Source: Actinomycetes bacterium
GTDB lineage: Bacteria; Actinomycetota; Acidimicrobiia; Acidimicrobiales; Ilumatobacteraceae
Length of the DNA stretch: 64,000 bases
Reading direction: 5' to 3'
Assembly (NCBI GenBank): GCA_031398525.1
Contig: JANNNL010000018.1
Location: 1,011 to 65,010 of the forward strand
In this document: in pieces, positions 29,127 through 38,566 of the stretch
How positions within the stretch are numbered: position 1 is the stretch's first letter
Layout of the letters: each line of letters opens with the position of its first letter
Position numbers and translations under genes: made by a program
The notes under the pieces: generated by a model
Database searches by the model: none
The model's input: the letters and a program-made list of their open reading frames with translations, nothing else
What the model was told of the DNA's origin: nothing

Positions 29127-30443
29127 TTAGGCCGAGGCTTGGGCGGGGGGTGGTTCGGCGGGGGGTGGTTCGGTCAACTCGGTGCCGTCGGGTCGGTAGA
29201 CGTGCCAGTGGCCGGTGGTGTCGCGTCGGGTGGTGTAGCCGCGGTTTTTGGCTCGGTTGTGGCGGGGGCAGGCGGGTGCCCCGTTGACCGGCGCGCTGAT
29301 TCCGTTGGTTGACCAGGGTTGCAGGTGGTCGGCTTGGCATCGGCTGGTGGGCAGGTCGCATCCCGGCCACAAACATCGTTGGGCGTGCAGCATCACTGCT
29401 TGTCGGGCGGATCCGGTGAAGAGTCGTTGTCGGCGTCCGAGGTCGATGACGGTGCCGGACGAGTCGTAGACGACCCGCCGCACATGCCCGATCAAACTGG
29501 CGATCAGTATGTCGTCGGGGTGGAGCAGGGTGCCGTTGCCCGTTTCGCACCGCCGGGTGTACGGGTCGGTCGGTGCGGTGGCGGGTGCCGCGCCGGGGGA
29601 CCGGCGGACCAGTGGTGCGTCGGGGTCGGTCATCAGTTGGGCGAGGTGGTTTTCGTACGTTTGTTGGTCGACGACGATGTTGACGGTCGGTTCGGGTATG
29701 CGGGCGTCGATTGAGGCGCCGGCGGCGGCCCGGAAGATCGCGGCGATGGTGTCGAAGCGGCGTTGGGCGTCGGTACGACCAAGTTGTACGGCGGTTGGGT
29801 TGGGGCCGTGTTCGGTGACGGCGGCGTCCCAGTCGGTGAGGAATTCGGCGGTGCGGAACCGCTCGAAGATTTCGAGCATTTCGTTGGCGACCGCCGCGGT
29901 GCCGCCTTCGGCGCGTAGATGCAACCCGGCTTCGGACTCATGCAGCGACGCGTCACGCAGGTCGTGGTTGCGGGCGCGGTCTTTGTAGGCACCGTCGGGA
30001 TCGGCGAGCAGTTGCCAGCGTTGGACGCACAGTCTGAAGTCGGCGAACGGGAGCGTGGCGGCGTGGTGGAGCAGGGTGGGGGCGATGTCGGCGAGGTGGT
30101 CGCCGCATCGGGGGTTGCGACGCGCTTTGGCGAGTTCGGATGCTTGGGTGATACCGATTTGGCCGGTGTGGAGCATCTCACCGGACGCCGGGATTTCGTG
30201 GAGGAGTTGGCCGAGCCGGACCAGGTGGGATGCGTCGATGTCGGAACAATTCGTGTGGGCTTTCATCCACCCGCGGATCGACGCGTGACAGTCGATGCGA
30301 TGAACATTGTGCCGGGCGGCGAAGTTGACGAGCCCGGCGAGCTTGGCTTCGATCGCTCGGCGTTGCTGGTCGAGTTCCCGAAACGCGACAGCAAGTCCTC
30401 GGTGGTCATAGTCATTCAGCTCGTCCAGGAATTCTGCGAACAT
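29127..30443 (-). CDS. DUF222 domain HNH endonuclease (REP13E12-type actinobacterial family)
   Basis: DUF222 N-terminal region and a C-terminal HNH motif (CLWPGCDLP...CQADHLQPW...NGAPACPRHNRAKN). Start taken as ATG 30443 (the ORF opens at TTG 30479). Confidence 0.85.
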   Translation of the reverse strand: MFAEFLDELNDYDHRGLAVAFRELDQQRRAIEAKLAGLVNFAARHNVHRIDCHASIRGWMKAHTNCSDIDASHLVRLGQLLHEIPASGEMLHTGQIGITQASELAKARRNPRCGDHLADIAPTLLHHAATLPFADFRLCVQRWQLLADPDGAYKDRARNHDLRDASLHESEAGLHLRAEGGTAAVANEMLEIFERFRTAEFLTDWDAAVTEHGPNPTAVQLGRTDAQRRFDTIAAIFRAAAGASIDARIPEPTVNIVVDQQTYENHLAQLMTDPDAPLVRRSPGAAPATAPTDPYTRRCETGNGTLLHPDDILIASLIGHVRRVVYDSSGTVIDLGRRQRLFTGSARQAVMLHAQRCLWPGCDLPTSRCQADHLQPWSTNGISAPVNGAPACPRHNRAKNRGYTTRRDTTGHWHVYRPDGTELTEPPPAEPPPAQASA

Positions 30444-30556
30444 ATGTACGATTCTACGCCATCCCGACGCAGGAAACAAGCCTCTACCAGCACTTTAACA
30501 CAATTTCATGGGGCGTAGGTGGAGGTTCGCGATCACCGTTCAAGTGAGCAATGGAC

Positions 30557-31793
30557 TCACGCCGCCACGCCAGGAATCTCCAACTCACCTGTCACCGCAG
30601 CCGTGATCAAGGCTTGCCGTCGCTCGACGAGAAGGTTGATCTGCCTTCTCAACGCAGTGCCCATACTGCGTCGATACCCATCTGACCGGACCGCGAGTTG
30701 GTATCGTCGCTCCTGCTCGGCGGCTTCGAGAGCTGGAATTCGCATGCTCAGCAGGGTGGGTTCATTCACGTTGGCAAGCGTCGCTCTCGTGGACTGGCTA
30801 TCGAGCTGTTGTCGGTATAGACCAATCTGAAACAACTGTCCAAGAAACTCCGACGACAGGTGGGGACCAGTCCGGATCGCTATTGAGTCACTGCCACAGA
30901 GCCATCCGGCTGAGGCAGCCGAGACGACGGCTGCTCTCCCAACGTCGCCCTTGCGCCCCATTACGATGTCGCCCTCATCGAGTCGGTGGCGCGCCAGCCT
31001 CGATGCCACTTCTGCGGGCACCGTGATGTGATTCTCGGGAGAAAGTCGACCCTCCCTGATATGAGTGGGATTGATCAGCGGCACACCCCCCCTCGACGTA
31101 TTCGCTGGCCGCAAGAACGGTCCCGAACGGACCGGTCAGCACCGAGCCGCCGTACTGGCGAAGTGTCTTGCTTCGCCCAACCCGCCAGTCGCCGAGCGTT
31201 TCCAGCAACGATGCCTGATGCCACTCGTCGAGGAGTTCGATCATGCGGCGCTTCTTGGTGATGAGGGCGTCGATGCGTGCGGTCTCGGTGTCGAGGTAGT
31301 CCGCGATCGCACGCTGCTCCTCTGCTGGCGGCGTCGGTATTCCGAGGCGCTCGATTACCTCGGTCTTCAGCCCGTATCGGGTCACGCCGGTGGCACCGAC
31401 CTCAAGTTCGCGACGGACTCCCGTTGAACTCATAGCCCAGTACAGAAACCGCCCTTCTGCCACCGAGTGCCTCGGTCGAAGAATCGCTAGGTGATATCCA
31501 CATACAAGGTCCGGCGCCGTCGAGTCGACGAAGGCAGGTATTCCGATGTCGTTCGCAGTTTCAGAGTCCTTCGTGATGACTACATCGTTGGCTTGAAGTC
31601 GAAATCGGCGTACTTGCTCGGCGGTGGCGGTGGCACGCATGAGCGACGGAGACGGCGCGATTCGATCGCCGTAGTACACGTCGGTGTAGTTGCAGAGCTG
31701 CACTGGCAGGCCAACATCGTCGGACTTCTTGTCGACATTGCTCACGGCCACGGACGCCAGTCGCTTGAGCGGTTGCACCGGCCAGTAACTCAC
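30557..31793 (-). pseudogene. hsdS: Type I R-M specificity subunit (HsdS), frame broken at a C7/G7 tract
   Basis: TRD1 plus the central conserved region lie in ORF 30975-31793. TRD2 plus the C-terminal conserved helix (LLVERRQALITAAVTGEL) lie in ORF 30557-31114. The run of 7 C at 31086-31092 would be in frame with 6. Confidence 0.8.
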
Positions 31794-33846
31794 ACCGTGA
31801 CCTCGTTCAGCAGCGCTTGGATCTCAGCTTCGAGGGCCTTGATTTCGGCGTCGATTTCCTCGAGGGGTCTGGGTGGGACGTACATGTAGAAGTGGCGGGT
31901 GAGTGGGATTTCGTAACCGATCTTGGTCTTGCCGTAGTCGACCCAGGCGTCGGGGACGTAGGGCTTGACCTCGGTGTCGACGTAGTGATCAATGGCGGCG
32001 CGGTAGTCGGGGGTGTTGAGCCGTTTGGTCGGGTCGGTCTCGAAGGCGAGTCGCACGGCGGGCAGGGGGACGTTTTCGTTGTCGCGGACGTCGGGGTCGG
32101 GGAGGGGGTTTGCCCTTGGCGTCGGTCTGGGCGGGGGCGTCGGGGTCGCGGACGGCGAGGGCGTCGACGACGGCGTTCTCAATCGGCTTGGCGTGGGCGC
32201 CGAGATCTTTCAGTACCTGAGCGACACGTTTGCGGAGGTCGCTGCCGTCGGCTTGCCACTCGACTCCACGAAGGCCACTGACCGCGTCGAGCAGTGCCGT
32301 GCGGACTTCGTCGTCGAGTTTGGCGAGCTTCCTGTCGGCGGCAAGTACCGCCAGGGTGTCGTCGGTGACGGTGTAGCGCAGCCGCAGGGGGCGTTCGACG
32401 GTGATCCGCATGAACCCGAATGCTTCGTTGGGGAAGATTTTGGAGCGGTCGTTGTCCTCGAACTCGCCGTAGAGGCGGACGATGTCGGCGATCTGGTCGG
32501 CGGGGATCTGCTTGCGTTTCTCACCGAGACTTTTGCGCATCTTGGTGAACGACTGGCGCTCGTCGTTGAGCTGCACCTTGCCGCGCCGCTTCGACGACTT
32601 GCGGTTGGTGACGATCCAGAAGTAGGTCGAGATCCCGGTGTTGTAGAACAGATGGTCGGGCAGGGCGACGACCGCGTCGAGCCAGTCATGTTCGATGATC
32701 CAACGGCGGATCTCGCTCTCGCCCGACGCGGCCGCGCCGGTGAACAGTGGGGAGCCGTTGAAGACGATTGCCAGGCGGGAGCCACCCTCCTCGGGGCGTT
32801 TCATTTTCGAGATCATGTGTTGCAGGAACAAGAAGCTGCCGTCGTTGATCCTCGGCAACCCGGCCCCGAATCGGCCGGAGAAACCCTTGGCACCATGCTC
32901 GCCGCGGACCTCGTCCTCGACCTTCTTCCACTCCACCCCGAACGGCGGGTTGGCCAGCAGATAGTCGAACGTCGCCCCCTCGTGGCCGTCTTCCGAGAAC
33001 GAGTTCCCGAAGGCGACGTTGTCGGCGTTCTGGCCCTTCAACATCATGTCCGACCGGCAAATCGCGTACGACTCCGGGTTCAGCTCCTGCCCGTAGACCA
33101 CGAGCGTCGCCTTCGGGTTGAGCCTGCGGACATGGTCCTCGGCGACCGACAGCATCCCACCGGTGCCGCATGCCGGGTCGAAGATCGTCTTGGCGATCCC
33201 TGGGGTGGCCAGCATTTTGTCGTCCTCATCGAACAACAGGTCGACCATCAGGTCGACCATCAGGCGGATCACTTCACGCGGGGTGAAATGCTCACCCGCC
33301 GTCTCGTTGGAGAGTTCCGAGAAGCGCCGGATCAGTTCTTCGTAGAGGTAGCCCATCTCGATGTTCGAGACCACGTCGGGGTGCAGGTCGATCGAGGCGA
33401 ACTTCGACAGCACCTTGTACAGCAGGTTCGCCTTGTGCAGCTTGGCGATCAGGGTGCCCAGCTCGAACCGCTCCAGGATGTCACGCACCTGCGGTGAGAA
33501 GCCGGCGATGTACTGCGCCAGGTCGTCGGCGAGGTGCGCGGGGTCGGCGAGCACCGTGGTCAGGGTCGAAGGTCGAGATGTTCCACAGACCCTTTACATC
33601 CGAGTGCCGCTCCAGGAACGGGGCGAAGTTGTCGAACGAGTCCTTTACCCGGGCGTATTCGGCGAGCATTGACGCCTTGCGTGGCTCGAGCACGCAGTCG
33701 AAACGACGCAATACCGTCAACGGCAAGATCACCTTGCCGTACTCCGACTGCTTGTAGTCACCGCGCAGCAGGTCGGCAACGCTCCAGATGAAGGCGGCGT
33801 GGTTGTTGACCCGCTCGCTGTTTACGCCTGAGTCTGTAGCAGCCAT
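31790..33846 (-). pseudogene. hsdM: Type I R-M methyltransferase subunit (HsdM), frame broken twice
   Basis: HsdM_N segment ([34 protein letters not shown]), N6-MTase core (DPACGTGGML, NPPFG) and typical C-terminus (PDPDVRDNENVPLP...IGYEIPLTRHFY) lie in three frames. The breaks are at G3 (33563-33565) and G5 (32103-32107). The stop overlaps the hsdS GTG (GTGA). Confidence 0.85.
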
Positions 33847-33994
33847 GGCCCTCGTCGATCTCTCCGACGGCTCCACGGTCGGAGCCACTCTGCCGGGCAA
33901 GCGCCTGATCGTAGTGAGTCGACTTCGCGGCCGCCTATTGCCCGGGCGGAGTGGCCGGCTCAAATGAATCGCCTACCCAGCGACCTGCGCCGAT

Positions 33995-34023
33995 CTGACG
34001 ACCCGTCAGATTTCTGCGGGGCC
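33995..34023. repeat. Right copy of the 29-bp perfect direct repeat flanking the R-M islet
   Basis: Identical 29-mer to 24866-24894, same orientation, 19 nt upstream of the ATG at 34043. Confidence 0.95.
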
Positions 34024-34042
34024 TGCGTGCCATGCTTGCCGT

Positions 34043-35044
34043 ATGCCGATGCTCATTCTGCGTTACGACCTGCGACTTCCACCCGAGGGCACTACTCCCA
34101 CAGCGGTGACCGGAGCCGGTCAGTACGCAGCGATGCTCGAACAATGTCGCTGGGGCGACCGCCTCGCCGTCGACATGGTGGTCGTCTCGGAGCATCACGG
34201 GGCACCCGATTCGTTCATGTCGGCTCCGTTGACGATCGCCGCGGGCATCCTCGGGGCCACGTCGAAGGTCAACGTGAACGTCTCGGCGCTGCTGGCGATC
34301 ATGCACAACCCGATCCGTCTGGCCGAGGAACTCGCCGCCATCGACTTGATGTTCCCCGGTCGGCTCTCGGTGATCCTCGGCACGGGGTATCGCCAAGAGG
34401 AGTTCGACATGCTCGGGATCACCTTCAAGGAACGCAACGAGCTGCTCGAATTGTGCGTCAATACCATCCGCCAGGCGTGGACCGGCGAGTACTTCGAGTA
34501 CGAAGGTCGGCAAGTGCGCGTGACGCCCACACCCGCGACGCCCGGCGGGCCGATGATGATGCTCGGCGGTTCGTCGGAGCAGGCCGCCCGCCGCGCCGCT
34601 CGGCTGCGGTGCATCTTCACCTCGGCGATCGGCACGCCGTCACTCGGCGAGGCGTACTACGACGAATGCGCCAAGGTCGGCTTCCAGGGTTACGCGTCGT
34701 TGCCCCACGGCGCGGGGTTCATTCACGTCTCAATGGACCCCGAACGGGACTGGGAGCGCATCGCCCCCTACGCCTTCCACGAAGCTCGCACCTATGCGTC
34801 GTGGCAGCGCAAGGGCCAGTCCTCGTCCGTCACCGTCAAGAACGCCGAGACGATCGACGACCTCAAGGCCTCGGGGGTGTATCAGGTGCTCACCCCCGAT
34901 GAGTTCGTCGAGCAGTGGCAGACCGGCAGCCCGTTCGGTGGCATGGTGCTTCACCCGTTGATGGGCGGAATCCCACCCGAGCTGGCCTGGGAAAGCCTCG
35001 AACTGATGGAGCACGACGTCCTGCCCCGCATCAAACCCGCCTGA
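34043..35044 (+). CDS. LLM-class (luciferase-like) flavin/F420-dependent oxidoreductase
   Basis: 333-aa ORF with an LLM-type fold signature (VVVSEHHG, LGTGYRQEEF). Confidence 0.8.
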   Translation: MPMLILRYDLRLPPEGTTPTAVTGAGQYAAMLEQCRWGDRLAVDMVVVSEHHGAPDSFMSAPLTIAAGILGATSKVNVNVSALLAIMHNPIRLAEELAAIDLMFPGRLSVILGTGYRQEEFDMLGITFKERNELLELCVNTIRQAWTGEYFEYEGRQVRVTPTPATPGGPMMMLGGSSEQAARRAARLRCIFTSAIGTPSLGEAYYDECAKVGFQGYASLPHGAGFIHVSMDPERDWERIAPYAFHEARTYASWQRKGQSSSVTVKNAETIDDLKASGVYQVLTPDEFVEQWQTGSPFGGMVLHPLMGGIPPELAWESLELMEHDVLPRIKPA

Positions 35045-35167
35045 TCGGGCGGCGGGCTGCGGTCCAGCGATGGGCCGACTGGCACGGGTCCCTGCCGGTT
35101 GTGGATCGGTATCGTGCCGATTCAACGTGTGGTCAGGCAGTCGGCCCGGCCAACGGCGGAGGATGAG

Positions 35168-37138
35168 ATGTTCGGTCGGATTGCTGCCGTGAGTGCGGTG
35201 TTGGGTGGGTCTCTGTTCGCGGCTGCACCGGTTCACGCGGGAGTCGCGACTGCCGCGACCGGTCGGGTTTCGATGACCGAGTATCGCCGGGTGATCGATA
35301 CCCGGCCCGGCGGCTCCACGTTCAACGGCGCGTCGCCAAAGGGGCTCCAGCGAGACCTGCCGCTCCCGGCTGGGTCGGTCGCAGTGGTGACGCTCGTTGC
35401 CCAGGACGTCGTCGGTACCGCGGCCATCGGGCCATGCGTAGGGCCTGTGTCAGCCGATGCCGACTTCGTCTTCGAACCGAACGATGTGCTGACGCGACGG
35501 GTCAATATCGAGTCACTACCGGCGACGTGTTTGCGCTCTACCGTCGGCGTTCACGTCATCGTTGACGTTGTCGGCACTGTCGCGGCATCACCGACGGCCG
35601 GAGGGCTGCAGTATCACCCCGCTGCGACCGAGTTGGTCGTATTCAACGAATCGCAGACCACGGCCACGCCATCTGCGTCCTATCTGATTCCGCGACGCGG
35701 GGTTGGCCCGGACAACGGAGCGGTGGTCTATCGAATCGATGCAGTGGGCGACGGCGGCGCAGGATACTTGACGTTGTATGGCTGTGACCTCCCACAACCC
35801 AACCGTTCAGACCTGCTTGCCGCCCAAGACCTTCCCGCGTCGAACATCGCCTATGTGGAGACGGGGCACGAGGCGTGTCTGTTCATCAGCGGCCCGCTGA
35901 CCGTCACGGTGACCGCTCTCGGCTGGCTGGAGCCCGGCGGGACCGACCCCATGAGGCTGCCCCCAACGATCAAGTCCCGTCTGACGGCATTCAGCGCACC
36001 AGGTCTCGTGCCGATCGCACCCAAGCGAGTGCTCGACACTCGCCGGGGAATCGGTGCTCCGGCGGCGTTGCTGCGGGCCGGTGGCACCGTTGCGCTCGAT
36101 CTCAACGCGGTCACGACGATCGACACCACCAGCGTCGTGATGAACGTGACATCCACTGGGTCGACGGGGGATGGGTTCGTCACGGTGTTCCCGTGCGACG
36201 ATGGCCAACCAGTCGTCTCGAACCTCAATTTCGCCGTTGGCCAGGACATTCCGAATCTCGTCACCGTCAGCCTGGGGGTTTCAGCAAAGATCTGCTTCTT
36301 TGCGTCGGCACCGACTCATCTCATCGCTGATCTCGCCGGCACGTTCGAGTTCGACGCCGGTGCGCTTGGAACGGCGACGGCACCACAACGGATTCTCGAC
36401 ACGCGGCGCGGCGTCGGGGCTCCGGCGACCAAGAGCGAGGCAGAGCGGTCCCTGCGCCTTGTCGTCGCCGGACGCAACGGGATCCCGGCTTCGGGTGTGC
36501 AAGCGGTCACGATGAATGTGACGGTCACCGCGCCGGACGCAGGGGGATTTCTCACGGTGTATCCATGCGATCAGCCCGTGCCCGATGCGTCGAATCTCAA
36601 CTTCACAGCGGGGCAGGATGTACCAAACCTGGTGACCGTCAAGCTGGCCGCCGACGGCAGCGTGTGCCTGCGATCGAGTGCCCGTACCCACATCATCGCG
36701 GATGTTGCCATGTGGTTCGGAGCTGGCGGGACCGATGGGATGTACGACGTATCGCCGACGCGGGTCCTCGATACCCGTGCCCGTTTCGGTGCCCCGAAGG
36801 TTCGACCGGGTGTGGCAGGACCGCTGACGGTCAATTTCGGACCATTGGCCGACGGGCTCACCGACATCCATGCCATCGTGATGAACACGACGGTGACCCG
36901 TCCGAGCGCAGCGGGCTATCTGACGGCGTTTCCTTGCGATCAGCCGATGCCCGATGCGTCGAATCTCAACTTCACGGCCAATCAGGACGTGCCCAACCTC
37001 GTCGTGGTCAAGACGTCCGCTTCCGATGGCACGGTGTGCCTGGGAGCCTCGGTCCTCACCGACGTCATCGTCGATCTGGCCGGGTTCTTCTCGAGTAGCT
37101 CGCTTGAGTTCTGGGAGGAATATCTCGCCGGCGCGTAG
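35168..37138 (+). CDS. Secreted protein built from five copies of an uncharacterised ~115-aa 'LDTR' repeat module
   Basis: Signal peptide MFGRIAAVSAVLGGSLFAAAPVHA. There are three well-conserved C-terminal repeats and two degenerate N-terminal ones. Confidence 0.7.
   Translation: MFGRIAAVSAVLGGSLFAAAPVHAGVATAATGRVSMTEYRRVIDTRPGGSTFNGASPKGLQRDLPLPAGSVAVVTLVAQDVVGTAAIGPCVGPVSADADFVFEPNDVLTRRVNIESLPATCLRSTVGVHVIVDVVGTVAASPTAGGLQYHPAATELVVFNESQTTATPSASYLIPRRGVGPDNGAVVYRIDAVGDGGAGYLTLYGCDLPQPNRSDLLAAQDLPASNIAYVETGHEACLFISGPLTVTVTALGWLEPGGTDPMRLPPTIKSRLTAFSAPGLVPIAPKRVLDTRRGIGAPAALLRAGGTVALDLNAVTTIDTTSVVMNVTSTGSTGDGFVTVFPCDDGQPVVSNLNFAVGQDIPNLVTVSLGVSAKICFFASAPTHLIADLAGTFEFDAGALGTATAPQRILDTRRGVGAPATKSEAERSLRLVVAGRNGIPASGVQAVTMNVTVTAPDAGGFLTVYPCDQPVPDASNLNFTAGQDVPNLVTVKLAADGSVCLRSSARTHIIADVAMWFGAGGTDGMYDVSPTRVLDTRARFGAPKVRPGVAGPLTVNFGPLADGLTDIHAIVMNTTVTRPSAAGYLTAFPCDQPMPDASNLNFTANQDVPNLVVVKTSASDGTVCLGASVLTDVIVDLAGFFSSSSLEFWEEYLAGA
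36014..37093 (+). repeat. Three well-conserved tandem coding repeats (36014-36352, 36380-36721, 36752-37093)
   Basis: Each reads P.R(V/I)LDTR...GAP....V.MN.T.T.....G(F/Y)(V/L)T.(F/Y)PCD...P..SNLNF...QD(I/V)PNLV.V.......(I/V)C......T..I.D.AG.F. Confidence 0.8.
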
Positions 37139-37233
37139 GGCTTGGGCGAAGGCCACTACGCGAGAGGACTCCTGACAGGATGGGCGGGTGAGCCACCGCC
37201 GATCGACTACGCGCTCACCGGGCCGCTGATCGC

Positions 37234-38556
37234 ATGGGTCGTTTTATCCGTCATGAGCGGGATCGGCGGATTCTGCGGCTCGCGCTCCCGGCCCTGGGCA
37301 CGTTGGCCGTAGAACCGTTGTATGTGCTGGTCGACACGGCGATCGTCGGGCGCATCGGCACCGATGCGCTCGCCGGCTTGGGCATTGCCTCGACCGTCCT
37401 GCTGACGGTCAGCGTGGTCGTCGGGTTCATGGAGTACGGCGTCACCCCTGACGTCGCCTACGCCCACGGTCAGGGCGACGCCCACAAGGCCCGGGTCGCC
37501 GCCACCGATGCGTTGTGGCTGACGATGTTACTTGGCCTACCGACGTGCGCGGTCGTCGGGTTGGGGGCGCGGCCGATCGCCGCTGCGCTCGGCGGTACCG
37601 GCGCCGTGCTCGATGCGGCGACGACGTATCTGCGGATCAGCGCCCTCGGACTCCCGTTCGTGATGGTCGCCTATGTCGGTCACGGGGTGATGCGAGGCGT
37701 CAACAACCTGCGGCGTCCGCTGATCATCGTGTTGGTGGCCAACCTCATCAACCTGATCCTCGAAGTCGTCTTCGTGTGGTGGCTCGATCTCGGAATTGCC
37801 GGCTCGGCGTGGAGCACCGTCGTCGTTCAAGCGATGGCCGCGGGATTCTTCCTGGCAGTGCTCAAGCCGCACCTCACGCGGGTACGCCCGGCGTGGCTGC
37901 GCGTCAAACCTCTGCTCGTGACCGGCCTACATCTCGGTCTGCGCGGCATCGCCATGTTGGCTGTGTGGATTACGATCACCTCGGTTGCGGCCCGCACCGA
38001 CACCCCCACCCTGGCCGCGAACCAGATCGCGGCCCAATTGTTCATGTTCCTCGCCCTCGGACTCGATGCGTTGGCGATTCCGGCCCAATCGTTGGTTGCG
38101 GGGGCACAGGGGAACGGTGACACCGACGAGGCATTGGCGATCGGTTGGTCAAGTACCCGATTGTCGCTGTGGTGTGCGTGCGGGTTGGCCGTGGTGTTGG
38201 CCGCCACGTCTTCGGTCCTGCCCAGGCTGTTCACCAACGACGCCGCGGTGGTCGACCGGGCAACGGGGGCGCTGTTGATCTTGGCGGTCATGCAGTTCCC
38301 CGGGGCCATCGCCTTCGCCCTCGACGGGGCCTTGATCGGGGCGGAAGACGAGAAATACCTCGGCCGCGCCGCCGTGATGAACCTGTTGTCGTTCGCTCCG
38401 CTGGCGATTGCCACGCTGATCTGGCCTCGGTTGGGAATCATCGGTCTCTGGGGGGCGCAGTTCGTGTGGATGGTGACGCGTGCCGTCGTCAACTCCCGGC
38501 GGTGGTCAGGCCGGCGCTGGGTCCAGAACCGATCGACCCGGGCGATCGTGTCCTGA
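37234..38556 (+). CDS. MATE family efflux transporter
   Basis: 440 aa, about 12 TM segments. N-terminal RRILRLALPALGTLAVEPLYVLVDTAIVGR is typical of MATE/DinF proteins. Confidence 0.85.
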   Translation: MGRFIRHERDRRILRLALPALGTLAVEPLYVLVDTAIVGRIGTDALAGLGIASTVLLTVSVVVGFMEYGVTPDVAYAHGQGDAHKARVAATDALWLTMLLGLPTCAVVGLGARPIAAALGGTGAVLDAATTYLRISALGLPFVMVAYVGHGVMRGVNNLRRPLIIVLVANLINLILEVVFVWWLDLGIAGSAWSTVVVQAMAAGFFLAVLKPHLTRVRPAWLRVKPLLVTGLHLGLRGIAMLAVWITITSVAARTDTPTLAANQIAAQLFMFLALGLDALAIPAQSLVAGAQGNGDTDEALAIGWSSTRLSLWCACGLAVVLAATSSVLPRLFTNDAAVVDRATGALLILAVMQFPGAIAFALDGALIGAEDEKYLGRAAVMNLLSFAPLAIATLIWPRLGIIGLWGAQFVWMVTRAVVNSRRWSGRRWVQNRSTRAIVS

Positions 38557-38566
38557 GGGGCGGGGC

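Noticed and set aside
29146-29175. 15-nt tandem duplication GGGGGGTGGTTCGG(C/T)
   Set aside because: It is not a regulatory or CRISPR-like repeat. It lies inside the HNH gene and simply encodes the duplicated PPPAEPPPA tail.
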